Shown here: one piece after another, positions 53,939 to 60,689 of the stretch
Position numbering within the stretch: the stretch's first letter is position 1
Layout: each line of letters begins with the position of its first letter
Origin: a virus
Lineage: Duplodnaviria > Heunggongvirae > Uroviricota > Caudoviricetes
Direction: 5' to 3' (one strand)
Virus record (IMG/VR): IMGVR_UViG_3300042922_000286
Location: 64,001 to 124,689 of that record
DNA length: 60,689 bases
Program-made: the position numbers and the translations under genes
Notes under the pieces: generated by a model
The model's input: the letters and a program-made list of their open reading frames with translations, nothing else
What the model was told of the DNA's origin: nothing
The model's database searches: none

Positions 53939-54376
53939 ATGAGCCTGACTAACTTAGCAAGTGCGGTAAGCGGAAATAATGCGTTTGAGACGACCAATGT
54001 AGACGAAGCAGCATTGGTCAAAGAGTACTTCGAACGTAACGAGCGCAAGAAGGAAGACGAGAAGTGGTTGGAGAAGAACAAGACCAAGCTCAAAGCTATT
54101 CTTGCCCGCAACGAACGTGACAAAATGGACTTCGGGGATGTCCGAGTTTCTGTAGTCGTACCCGACACATCCAAGTTTGACATTGAGAAGATGTTTGACT
54201 ACTTCGTATCAGAGGGCTTGATCGACGCAGTAACCAAACAGGTTATTGACGAAGGTAAGGTCGCCGCTCTGATTGAGGAAGGCAAGGTTGACGTTGACGC
54301 TCTCAAGGAAGCAGCTTGGGTCGAGTCTACAGGGACTCCCCGCCTGACCGTAAGCAAGGCACGGAAAGGGGACTAG
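53939..54376 (+). CDS. Hypothetical protein (145 aa)
   Basis: SD AAGGAG. Confidence 0.6.
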   Translation: MSLTNLASAVSGNNAFETTNVDEAALVKEYFERNERKKEDEKWLEKNKTKLKAILARNERDKMDFGDVRVSVVVPDTSKFDIEKMFDYFVSEGLIDAVTKQVIDEGKVAALIEEGKVDVDALKEAAWVESTGTPRLTVSKARKGD

Positions 54377-54380
54377 GGGG

Positions 54381-54782
54381 ATGGAAGTAGGAGATGCAGT
54401 TTTCATATCCCCCTTGCTCTCACTTGCCTTCGCGGGCAGGTGGGGTACGGTAGCAGATATCGTACCGACTGACTTAGCCCCCTTCAAGGTGCAGCTTAGA
54501 GAGGACGGCAAGAAGTTCCAATTCAGTCGCATCGAGTTGGTGACCGAGCAGACATATTACGAATTCGTCTCGCAGCACAGTCACGCATTGTCTGCTGACA
54601 GGACGCTAGTGAAGATTAAGCTGCCGCGAAATATCCACCACATCGAAACTGATGGCGGGGTATACCCAATTCATCAACTACTTCCGATTACCCGTTGCCG
54701 AAGCTGTAATTGTGATACTACGGGCGTGTTGGCTGAGTTCTGCGAGGACTGTGAGTATCCACTACCTTCGGAGTTAAAATAA
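54381..54782 (+). CDS. Hypothetical protein with an SH3/KOW-like N-terminus and a C-terminal Zn-ribbon
   Basis: VGDAVFI...FAGRWGTV resembles the 37.5-39.4 kb paralogs; CRSC...CEDC. Confidence 0.55.
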   Translation: MEVGDAVFISPLLSLAFAGRWGTVADIVPTDLAPFKVQLREDGKKFQFSRIELVTEQTYYEFVSQHSHALSADRTLVKIKLPRNIHHIETDGGVYPIHQLLPITRCRSCNCDTTGVLAEFCEDCEYPLPSELK

Positions 54783-54802
54783 CTTCGGAAAGAGTGATCG
54801 CC

Positions 54803-55033
54803 ATGTCGCACGGAAAAGACATCGATTCAAAAGTTGCTGAATTGGTTCGTATGCACGACAAGGAACTGGTTGACTTAGCGTTGAAGTACCTCAAGACAGA
54901 CCTGAGTCAAATAAGCAACTCATTGGTTGAGAGCCTATGTAACAAATTCAAGCCGGGGGATGTACTGACTAGGGATCAGAAAACGATCATCGCGATCTAC
55001 GTAGCCTTTGAAGAACTCGCCCGCAATAAGTAA
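54803..55033 (+). CDS. Hypothetical protein (76 aa)
   Basis: Co-oriented small ORF. Confidence 0.5.
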   Translation: MSHGKDIDSKVAELVRMHDKELVDLALKYLKTDLSQISNSLVESLCNKFKPGDVLTRDQKTIIAIYVAFEELARNK

Positions 55034-55047
55034 GCATAGAGAAAGGG

Positions 55048-56166
55048 ATGGTGTCGATGAGTTGGCAGACAGAAGTAGCCGACTTCTGGGCGGAGGAAAA
55101 TCGTCTATTTGACGAGGTGGATAAGATCGAGTACTTCAAGGATGCTTCCGATAGAGTGCTTACCGACTGGATTAAGAACTACTACCATCCGTATGGTTGG
55201 GGAGGTACCCGCTCGGCTGAGATTGCTGAGAGCGTAGATCTAGCAGATCGGGACGCATTGATGCCTCTCTTCCAGTGGTCGTTCGACGGTTCCACAGGTT
55301 TAACCTCCAAGCAGAGAAACGCCGCCGCGAGAGTGATGGCTAGAATCTGCACGATGCGAAACATGGTCTTAGAGTACCCGGAAAGCCGTACTCAAGAAGC
55401 TGAACGTATCGCCCGAGAGCGTGAAGAACGTCAGCGCCGCCGCGATGCTTGGAGTGACTTCTTTGAACCTGTTATGGGCGGCTCTGACCGTATCCGTGAG
55501 CAAGGTATGAACAGACCTGCTCGACGTGCGGCTAATGCGGCAATCCAAGGAGCTAACCCTTGTGCCGATATGTACTTCGATACGGAGAGCAGTAGTGTTG
55601 TCGAGACTGCCCGCCGCATGGGTATAGGTATTGATATGTCCCGAGTCGAAGAACATATAGCGTCCCTAAGACCCCACACTTATGCTGAACTGGATGCTAT
55701 GCTGACTAGGGATATGTTCACCATTATGGGCACACGTACTGGCCGCGTGAATGCTTCCCGCCCGAACACCGAGCTTGTTCGCCGCCATCGAAATTATATT
55801 CGTACACACGATGGGTACGAGTATCCTGCTGAAACCATACGCGTGACGAGAACGATGCTTGAAACCGTAGATGCTGTTGAGTACGTACTTCAATGCGGGA
55901 GTGGCCGGAACAGAAGGTATTACACAACGCGGATCGACCCTCTGACTGAGCAAGAGTTCCACCGTAACCGTAGCTCTCAGGACTTACATAATTTTCTGAT
56001 GAGGGAACTAGGTGCTGAGATCATTAGCCGCGGTGACTCAAGCGAAGAGATTAGCTTCATCATTCATAATGAATCAACACATGAACGTGTAGTACGTGAA
56101 AGACAGGAGCGCGGGCAACAACGAATGGGGTTCCCCACGTATCAACGTGAACATCAAAGGAGATGA
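55048..56166 (+). CDS. Hypothetical Arg-rich protein (372 aa)
   Basis: Long co-oriented ORF with no recognisable motif. Confidence 0.6.
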   Translation: MVSMSWQTEVADFWAEENRLFDEVDKIEYFKDASDRVLTDWIKNYYHPYGWGGTRSAEIAESVDLADRDALMPLFQWSFDGSTGLTSKQRNAAARVMARICTMRNMVLEYPESRTQEAERIAREREERQRRRDAWSDFFEPVMGGSDRIREQGMNRPARRAANAAIQGANPCADMYFDTESSSVVETARRMGIGIDMSRVEEHIASLRPHTYAELDAMLTRDMFTIMGTRTGRVNASRPNTELVRRHRNYIRTHDGYEYPAETIRVTRTMLETVDAVEYVLQCGSGRNRRYYTTRIDPLTEQEFHRNRSSQDLHNFLMRELGAEIISRGDSSEEISFIIHNESTHERVVRERQERGQQRMGFPTYQREHQRR

Positions 56167-56175
56167 TTGTACAAA

Positions 56176-56397
56176 ATGGCAAAAGTAACCGAAGTACGTG
56201 TTGATGTAACTTATACAAAATCCCTCCCGAATTATGAGAACGTAAAACCATCTGCGGGGCTGTCTATCCAGTTGGAGCCGGGAGATAACGCCAAAGACGT
56301 GTTCGCTAAGGCGTGGGATATGTGCGGCGCTGAAATAGCCTCTCAAATCGCCCTCTTCCAAGGGCAGCCGAAAGCTGGCGCCAAGAAAGGACTGTAA
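56176..56397 (+). CDS. Hypothetical protein (73 aa)
   Basis: SD AAGGAG; YTKSLPNYENVK. Confidence 0.6.
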   Translation: MAKVTEVRVDVTYTKSLPNYENVKPSAGLSIQLEPGDNAKDVFAKAWDMCGAEIASQIALFQGQPKAGAKKGL

Positions 56398-56404
56398 ATT
56401 CAAA

Positions 56405-56797
56405 ATGAACTACTACCATTATAAAAATGTTGCAGTAAGTGAGCTCATCGGTAAGATTATGGAATCCGTGACCTACAACAAGGAACGGGAAGAGATACTG
56501 TTTGTGACTACTGATGGTGATAAATACGTAATGTATCACGAACAGGACTGCTGCGAGTCCGTTCGCGTCGAAGAGGTCATTGGCGATCTGAACGATCTTG
56601 TGGGGAACCCTATCCTGATGGCTGAGGAAGTCTCACAGGACGTGAGAGATGGTCGCTACAAGGATAACTACGTGATCGACTCTGGTACGTGGACGTTCTA
56701 CAAATTCGCCACCATCAAAGGATACGTGACACTTAGATGGTTAGGCGAGTCCAACGGATACTACTCTGAACGCGTGGACTTCAAGAAAATAGCGTAA
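56405..56797 (+). CDS. Conserved hypothetical phage protein
   Basis: YHEQDCCESV...GDLNDLVG.PIL.AEEVS...TWTFYK.ATIKG...RW.GESNGYYSE, a pattern I recognise as a widespread phage family. Confidence 0.7.
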   Translation: MNYYHYKNVAVSELIGKIMESVTYNKEREEILFVTTDGDKYVMYHEQDCCESVRVEEVIGDLNDLVGNPILMAEEVSQDVRDGRYKDNYVIDSGTWTFYKFATIKGYVTLRWLGESNGYYSERVDFKKIA

Positions 56798-56804
56798 CGA
56801 AACC

Positions 56805-56828
56805 GGGGGAGCTTATGGCTCCCTCTTT
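56805..56828 (+). terminator. Intrinsic terminator
   Basis: GGGAGC-TTATG-GCTCCC followed by TCTTT. Confidence 0.55.
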
Positions 56829-56885
56829 CATTGCCCGAGGTTTTACCGCAAGGACGGATAGCAAAATAAACGGGAGGTAAGATCA

Positions 56886-57398
56886 ATGAAAACAAATCCA
56901 CATTACATCGCAGTTAGCAAGTATTACGGGGACCGTAGGGCTAGTCGCAGCGAAGTTCTTCTCATGAACCATATAGACGAGGGTGTGGCGATTCTAGACG
57001 CCATAGGAGCCAATTTGCGGGCGAAGGAAGCCTATTGCCTCCATCCTATCTATCAGGGTGAGGAACGCCCTTCTGACGTTACTGACGAGGCCGTACTAGA
57101 CTCCACGTCCATTCTTCTCGCTATCGAATACAAACGGGTGGCGAATGCGTATCTGTCTCAGCACTACGTCTCGGAGAACGATGCTATCGAACTTAGCTCC
57201 ATCGCTGAGGTCAACGCTATGCTGATCGCTGACAAGGTACAGAACCGTAAGGATTTTGAACTGTATCACAAAGGCACCCACCCTAAGAGCCGCATACTGG
57301 ACGGGTATTTCAAGAACTGGCTGCGTAAATTGGGCGTTTCCGAAGACGAATACCAGGCATTGCGGGCAGTTTGCGATCCGAGGCCGGTGGCCCACTGA
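56886..57398 (+). CDS. Hypothetical protein, possible HD-like fold
   Basis: NHIDEG...LHP...ADKVQN spacing; SD GGGAGGT. Confidence 0.5.
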   Translation: MKTNPHYIAVSKYYGDRRASRSEVLLMNHIDEGVAILDAIGANLRAKEAYCLHPIYQGEERPSDVTDEAVLDSTSILLAIEYKRVANAYLSQHYVSENDAIELSSIAEVNAMLIADKVQNRKDFELYHKGTHPKSRILDGYFKNWLRKLGVSEDEYQALRAVCDPRPVAH

Positions 57399-57429
57399 AC
57401 AAATCGTCCCACTATTCTTAAAATTTTTT

Positions 57430-57642
57430 TGTCTTAATATGTCATAACTATTCATAACACTTCACAACTATTAATAACATGTAATAAATGTTGTGACATC
57501 TTATTAACTTTTGTCCTAACTTGTCATAACATTTGTCTTAACTCGTCATAATTCTTGTGACACTGTAATAACACTTCATAATTCTTGAGACTTATTCACA
57601 ACATTTATGAAGTTGTATGAAGTTGTCAGAAGATGTCATAAC
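57430..57642. repeat. Centromere-like (parC) array of ~10-bp repeats
   Basis: TGTCATAAC exact at 57440, 57522 and 57634, plus many variants in 10-bp register (ATGTCATAAC TATTCATAAC ACTTCACAAC TATTAATAAC ATGTAATAAA) and inverted copies. Confidence 0.8.
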
Positions 57643-57649
57643 TTTTTTC

Positions 57650-57697
57650 TTGACGGGAGGCTACCCCGTGATGTATCATTCCTTATAGGTACTACCA
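57650..57697 (+). promoter_or_regulatory. par operon promoter TTGACG-18-TATCAT with an operator copy at 57684-57697
   Basis: Directly between the repeat array and parM. Confidence 0.6.
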
Positions 57698-57715
57698 CCA
57701 CAAGGGAGTGATACC

Positions 57716-58792
57716 ATGAAAGCCCCTATCATTTGGGCGATTGACGATGGGTACGGAGATAACAAAATGACTCCCGATGGGGGAGTTACAGAACTCATCA
57801 TGCCTTCGTTTGCTACAACATGGCGACCAAAAAAGAAGGCGGAGTTGCACGAAGGTGAAACGCTAGACCCTCTCAGCTACATAGCTATAGAGTTCGACGG
57901 CCAGAAGGTGATAGTAGGGCAAGGGGCCGTTGAACAGGACACCGGGGCTTACGCTACCCTTGGGTCTAATAAACATCTCAACAAGAACTTCCCCGCCATC
58001 CTAAAGACCTGCTTTGGGCTTATGGCGAAAAAAGAACGGGAGATAGTAGATTTACTTGTTATGGGGCTTCCTGTGGAGGCAGACGAGGAGCCTGATCGTC
58101 ATGAACTACTTAGGAAGTTGGTTGTAGGTTGGCATGAGTTCACAATGGAACTGGCAGATGGAAGCATTCTACGCCGGGAGATCAATATAAAGGATATCCT
58201 GATAAAGAAGCAGCCGTTCGCCTCTCTGTGTGATCTTATGCTGGACAAGCAAGGGGAGTTTGAAAGATTGGACATTGCTAAGGGGTTTAATGTGGTCGCG
58301 GACGTGGGCGCTCGTACATTCAACGTGTACGCCTTGAAAGACTTGCGGCCGATTAGTGACCTGTCCTTCAACACCTATGACGGCATGTTCGTCGCGTACT
58401 ACGATGTAGACACTACAATACGTCCGATTACAGGAATTGCAACACCTGACGCGAAGCTTCCTCACCTAATCAACGTGGACGGTGAAATTAATGGTGTGAG
58501 CTTGGAACCCTATAAAATCGAGGCGTATGATACCCTTGCAAATAAGTTGGTTAATATCCTCGAAGGTAAGTTGGTCAACTCTTGGGGCTTAGTGACTCGG
58601 GTAATCTGGACAGGCGGCGGTAGTGAATTAATAGCCGACAACATTCGTAAGTATATGCCGCGGAACAACCTCAGCTTCTTGACACGGTTTAGTACGGCGC
58701 GGGGGCTTTGGAAGATCGGCAAACGCCATATGATGAAGAAAATCAAAGCGGCTGCGCCTGAGATCGCGGCGACACAGGAGCCTACAGTGTGA
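57716..58792 (+). CDS. parM: ParM/StbA-family actin-like partition ATPase
   Basis: Phosphate-1 AIDDGYGDNK, MGLP, phosphate-2 ADVGARTFN, adenosine TGGGS, connect-2 ARG. Confidence 0.9.
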   Translation: MKAPIIWAIDDGYGDNKMTPDGGVTELIMPSFATTWRPKKKAELHEGETLDPLSYIAIEFDGQKVIVGQGAVEQDTGAYATLGSNKHLNKNFPAILKTCFGLMAKKEREIVDLLVMGLPVEADEEPDRHELLRKLVVGWHEFTMELADGSILRREINIKDILIKKQPFASLCDLMLDKQGEFERLDIAKGFNVVADVGARTFNVYALKDLRPISDLSFNTYDGMFVAYYDVDTTIRPITGIATPDAKLPHLINVDGEINGVSLEPYKIEAYDTLANKLVNILEGKLVNSWGLVTRVIWTGGGSELIADNIRKYMPRNNLSFLTRFSTARGLWKIGKRHMMKKIKAAAPEIAATQEPTV

Positions 58793-59049
58793 GTAAAGAT
58801 ACACGAATCCGTTGGACGATCTCCCTTAGGGATCGCGACTCAGTTCTTCTATCCTTTTTCGAGCCACTAGAGAAGGGCGACAGGTCAGCGATATGTCGAG
58901 AACTGATGCTAGACGGGTTGAAGTACCGTGAAATGGCGGCCACGGGGGCTGTACCAGCTCCCTTCCCTGCCGTCCCCAAGGTTACCCCTGCCCCACCACC
59001 GCCGAACGAAGTAGACACGCTCACAAAGCGCCTAGACGATCTCATTTAG
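58789..59049 (+). CDS. ParR-like centromere-binding adaptor (ribbon-helix-helix)
   Basis: 86 aa, 4-bp overlap with parM; RIRWTISL...DRSAICRELMLDGL; P-rich linker. Confidence 0.7.
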   Translation: MSKDTRIRWTISLRDRDSVLLSFFEPLEKGDRSAICRELMLDGLKYREMAATGAVPAPFPAVPKVTPAPPPPNEVDTLTKRLDDLI

Positions 59050-59757
59050 GGTCAAGAAACCCTTGCCCCTGATGCATATGTTTTCGTTGAAAAAAGTGGA
59101 CAAAAACCACTTTACAGGCGCTTTGATCCTGTTTCGAGAGAAGTTGAATACAAACTTTTCAACTGTGCTGCGAATGGCATCAACATGATAGATTCCAAGG
59201 ACATCTTTGACCCCCTCGTATAGCAATTTAACGATAAATTTAGGCAGCTTGTATTCGGTGCATACTTGTAGAAACTCTACGTCCTTGAATGTCGGCACAC
59301 CGTTGTTGTCCGCCGCCATCTGTTTTTCAACTGCTGCGTAATGCGGAAATTCAACTGTGTGCTTAATATTATTATCCTCATCATCATAGGTTTTAATATA
59401 AGTACTAGAATTATAGGGTGCATATTGTGCGCTTGGCGTAGCATCCTGTGCATCCTCTTTTTCATCTTCTATTGCATCCTGTGCATGTTCTCGGTACTCA
59501 TTTGTGGACTGTTTGCTTTCCCCGCCGACCTCCCGAAACCGGGCTTCCTTATCGACCAGCCCCCACTCTACTAACTCCTTCACTACGTAGATGGCTTTCC
59601 GTTTGCTCATGCCTCCCAACTCAGCGATTGTTTCGTAAGATGGAAATACGGAGCCGTACTCGTCCTTGTACGCGCGAATAACAACCATAACAATACGATG
59701 ATATGCCGACAGTTTTTCACGGCACGACTGTCCCATTTTTCTTATTAATTCCAACAT
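59032..59757 (-). CDS. Replication initiator-like protein (HTH_36-type N-terminal domain)
   Basis: FPSYETIAELGGMSKRKAIYVVKELVEWGLVDK...STNEY; SD GAGG before ATG 59757; internal repeats. Confidence 0.7.
   Translation of the reverse strand: MLELIRKMGQSCREKLSAYHRIVMVVIRAYKDEYGSVFPSYETIAELGGMSKRKAIYVVKELVEWGLVDKEARFREVGGESKQSTNEYREHAQDAIEDEKEDAQDATPSAQYAPYNSSTYIKTYDDEDNNIKHTVEFPHYAAVEKQMAADNNGVPTFKDVEFLQVCTEYKLPKFIVKLLYEGVKDVLGIYHVDAIRSTVEKFVFNFSRNRIKAPVKWFLSTFFNENICIRGKGFLTLNEIV
59420..59486. repeat. Three 13-bp repeats inside rep (putative origin iterons)
   Basis: GCATATTGTGCGC 59420, GCATCCTGTGCAT 59441 and 59474. Confidence 0.55.
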
Positions 59758-59847
59758 AAAAAGCCCTCTTTCTGCACCTCTTAAAGTCATCACTTAAGAG
59801 AGCGTAGGGGGCTTCCATTTTGAAAATAGGTGTGTTATAATCATTGC

Positions 59848-59966
59848 ATAACCTATCAATTTCAAATGGAAGCACCTAAACACTTTGGGTATCTGCCGAT
59901 TAGTTAAGTCGCCAAACTTAAGGGCTAATCGAGCAGATGGTGGTGATGGGGTGCTTTCGTTTTTTA
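59848..59966 (+). ncRNA. Putative countertranscript (antisense to the rep leader)
   Basis: Promoter TTCCAT-17-TATAAT (59813-59841), a long multi-segment hairpin 59864-59962, then a T-run. Confidence 0.5.
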
Positions 59967-59986
59967 ATTAGGTTTCATTTCCTTAA

Positions 59987-60016
59987 ACTCTAGCACATAA
60001 TATTTGAATTTGTCAA
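59987..60016 (-). promoter_or_regulatory. rep promoter TTGACA-18-TAGAGT
   Basis: Gives a ~220-nt structured leader ahead of rep. Confidence 0.55.
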
Positions 60017-60032
60017 TCTACTATGGTATAAC

Positions 60033-60061
60033 TTGTCTATTACTGTCGTTATTGATATACT
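60033..60061 (+). promoter_or_regulatory. Toxin mRNA promoter TTGTCT-17-TATACT with extended -10 TG
   Basis: A second tandem candidate TTGAAT-17-TATAAC lies at 60004-60032. Confidence 0.6.
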
Positions 60062-60125
60062 AAACACAACACGAAAATAGGCTAGTGGCGCGGTTGGCAG
60101 TCATCTCCGAAGGGAGGTGAGGCCA

Positions 60126-60212
60126 GTGGTTGAAGTAAAAGATGTATTCCTAATCGTATTCGCGTTTGGGAGCCTTCTCATCTCACTTCTCTCCTACTTA
60201 AAGAAAAAGTAG
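60126..60212 (+). CDS. Type I toxin-like hydrophobic peptide (28 aa, holin-like toxin type; not in the ORF track)
   Basis: MVEVKDVFLIVFAFGSLLISLLSYLKKK*; SD GGAGGTGA sequestered by TCATCTCC; 5'/3' UTR complementarity. Confidence 0.78.
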   Translation: MVEVKDVFLIVFAFGSLLISLLSYLKKK

Positions 60213-60355
60213 ACCGTGCCCACACCAAGGTAGCGGTCTACTTTTTCTGATCGATCACCTAATTCACTTAGCCAACCGCTCACGGCGGTAAATCGTGTTA
60301 CAACGGGCCACGGATGTTTCCCGCATCTGTTGGCTCGTTTGTTATTTATAGATTA
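60204..60355 (-). ncRNA. Putative antisense antitoxin RNA
   Basis: Convergent promoter TTGAAT-18-TAATCT (~60380-60350); perfect 13-bp inverted repeat AAAAAGTAGACCG/CGGTCTACTTTTT (60204-60246) can act as its terminator. Confidence 0.5.
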
Positions 60356-60452
60356 CCACAATGGAGGGCAAATATTCAAGTCGATCTAAACTAAGAGTAG
60401 TCCCGCACGTATGGGTAAAGTAGGAGGAACTACTCTTGGAGGTGGAAAGTGA

Positions 60453-60545
60453 ATGAACCTGTTTGATGACGTCCCGTGGTATCACAAGATATGGCTTATA
60501 CCATTCTTGGTTATCGGATTGTGGATATACGATAGGCGAAGATGA
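60453..60545 (+). CDS. Small membrane peptide (30 aa; not in the ORF track)
   Basis: SD GGAGGT; MNLFDDVPWYHKIWLIPFLVIGLWIYDRRR*. Confidence 0.55.
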   Translation: MNLFDDVPWYHKIWLIPFLVIGLWIYDRRR

Positions 60546-60551
60546 CAATGC

Positions 60552-60563
60552 GGGGGGGGGGGG
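60552..60563. repeat. G12 homopolymer
   Basis: Directly visible. Confidence 0.9.
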
Positions 60564-60565
60564 CA

Positions 60566-60606
60566 AAAGAAAGACGGATAGGGATTAATCCCCTCCGTCT
60601 TTTTTG
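60566..60606. terminator. Bidirectional terminator
   Basis: AAAGACGGA...TCCGTCTTT stem with A/T runs on both sides. Confidence 0.7.
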
Positions 60607-60689
60607 TCTTTATTCGGATTGTGCTTGGTGAAGAAGAACGCCGTGATTGACCCGAAAGCCCCGACCAGAGCTATCAAGATCATATTAAT
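60585..60689 (-). CDS. 3' end of a membrane protein entering from the right edge (holin-like)
   Basis: ...INMILIALVGAFGSITAFFFTKHNPNKDKKDGGD*: hydrophobic helix plus charged tail. Confidence 0.4.
   Translation of the reverse strand: MNMILIALVGAFGSITAFFFTKHNPNKDKKDGGD

Noticed and set aside
60342-60566. 74-aa minus-strand ORF starting MPPPPA
   Set aside because: The start arises from the poly-G run, has no SD, follows a terminator and is antisense to a better-supported 30-aa peptide
1-60689. Integrase, att sites, IS elements, introns/inteins, rRNA, diversity-generating retroelement
   Set aside because: No recombinase, transposase, reverse transcriptase, homing endonuclease, intein or rRNA signature was recognised in the window

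Overview
This window is a 60.7-kb slice of a large, long-tailed temperate phage of an endospore-forming Bacillota. The host is inferred from the flagellin, the sigmaD-type promoter and the RsfA- and HPr-like genes. The phage also carries a plasmid-type maintenance module, so it is most likely a phage-plasmid. Layout: (1) 1-16.4 kb, minus strand: packaging, head and tail genes (terS-like, terL, metallophosphoesterase, portal, protease/scaffold, cement, MCP, connectors, tail tube, two tail chaperones joined by a -1 frameshift, 5' part of the tape measure gene). (2) 16.5-22.5 kb, accessory block: a Ser/Thr-type phosphatase, then a self-contained sigmaD-promoter > csrA > flagellin > terminator cassette, then a leftward RsfA/GerR-like regulator. 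(3) 22.5-25.6 kb: a gene-poor, repeat- and hairpin-rich divergent region. (4) 25.7-57.4 kb: about 60 mostly small plus-strand genes, including GGCT + two amidoligases + class II GATase, three tandem paralogs, DnaD-like, GNAT, HPr-like, Com-like, SNF2 helicase and DEDDh exonuclease genes. (5) 57.4-60.7 kb: centromere-like array, parM/parR, an HTH replication initiator with a probable antisense-controlled leader, a type I toxin-antitoxin locus and small membrane peptides. The best candidate for a novel system is the flagellin cassette. Its CsrA is only 53 aa and lacks the C-terminal extension that FliW binds in Bacillota, so the cassette could silence host flagellin and substitute the phage flagellin. 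A GGA-rich putative RNA 3 kb away may be its antagonist. All functional calls come from motif recognition by eye; no database searches were run.
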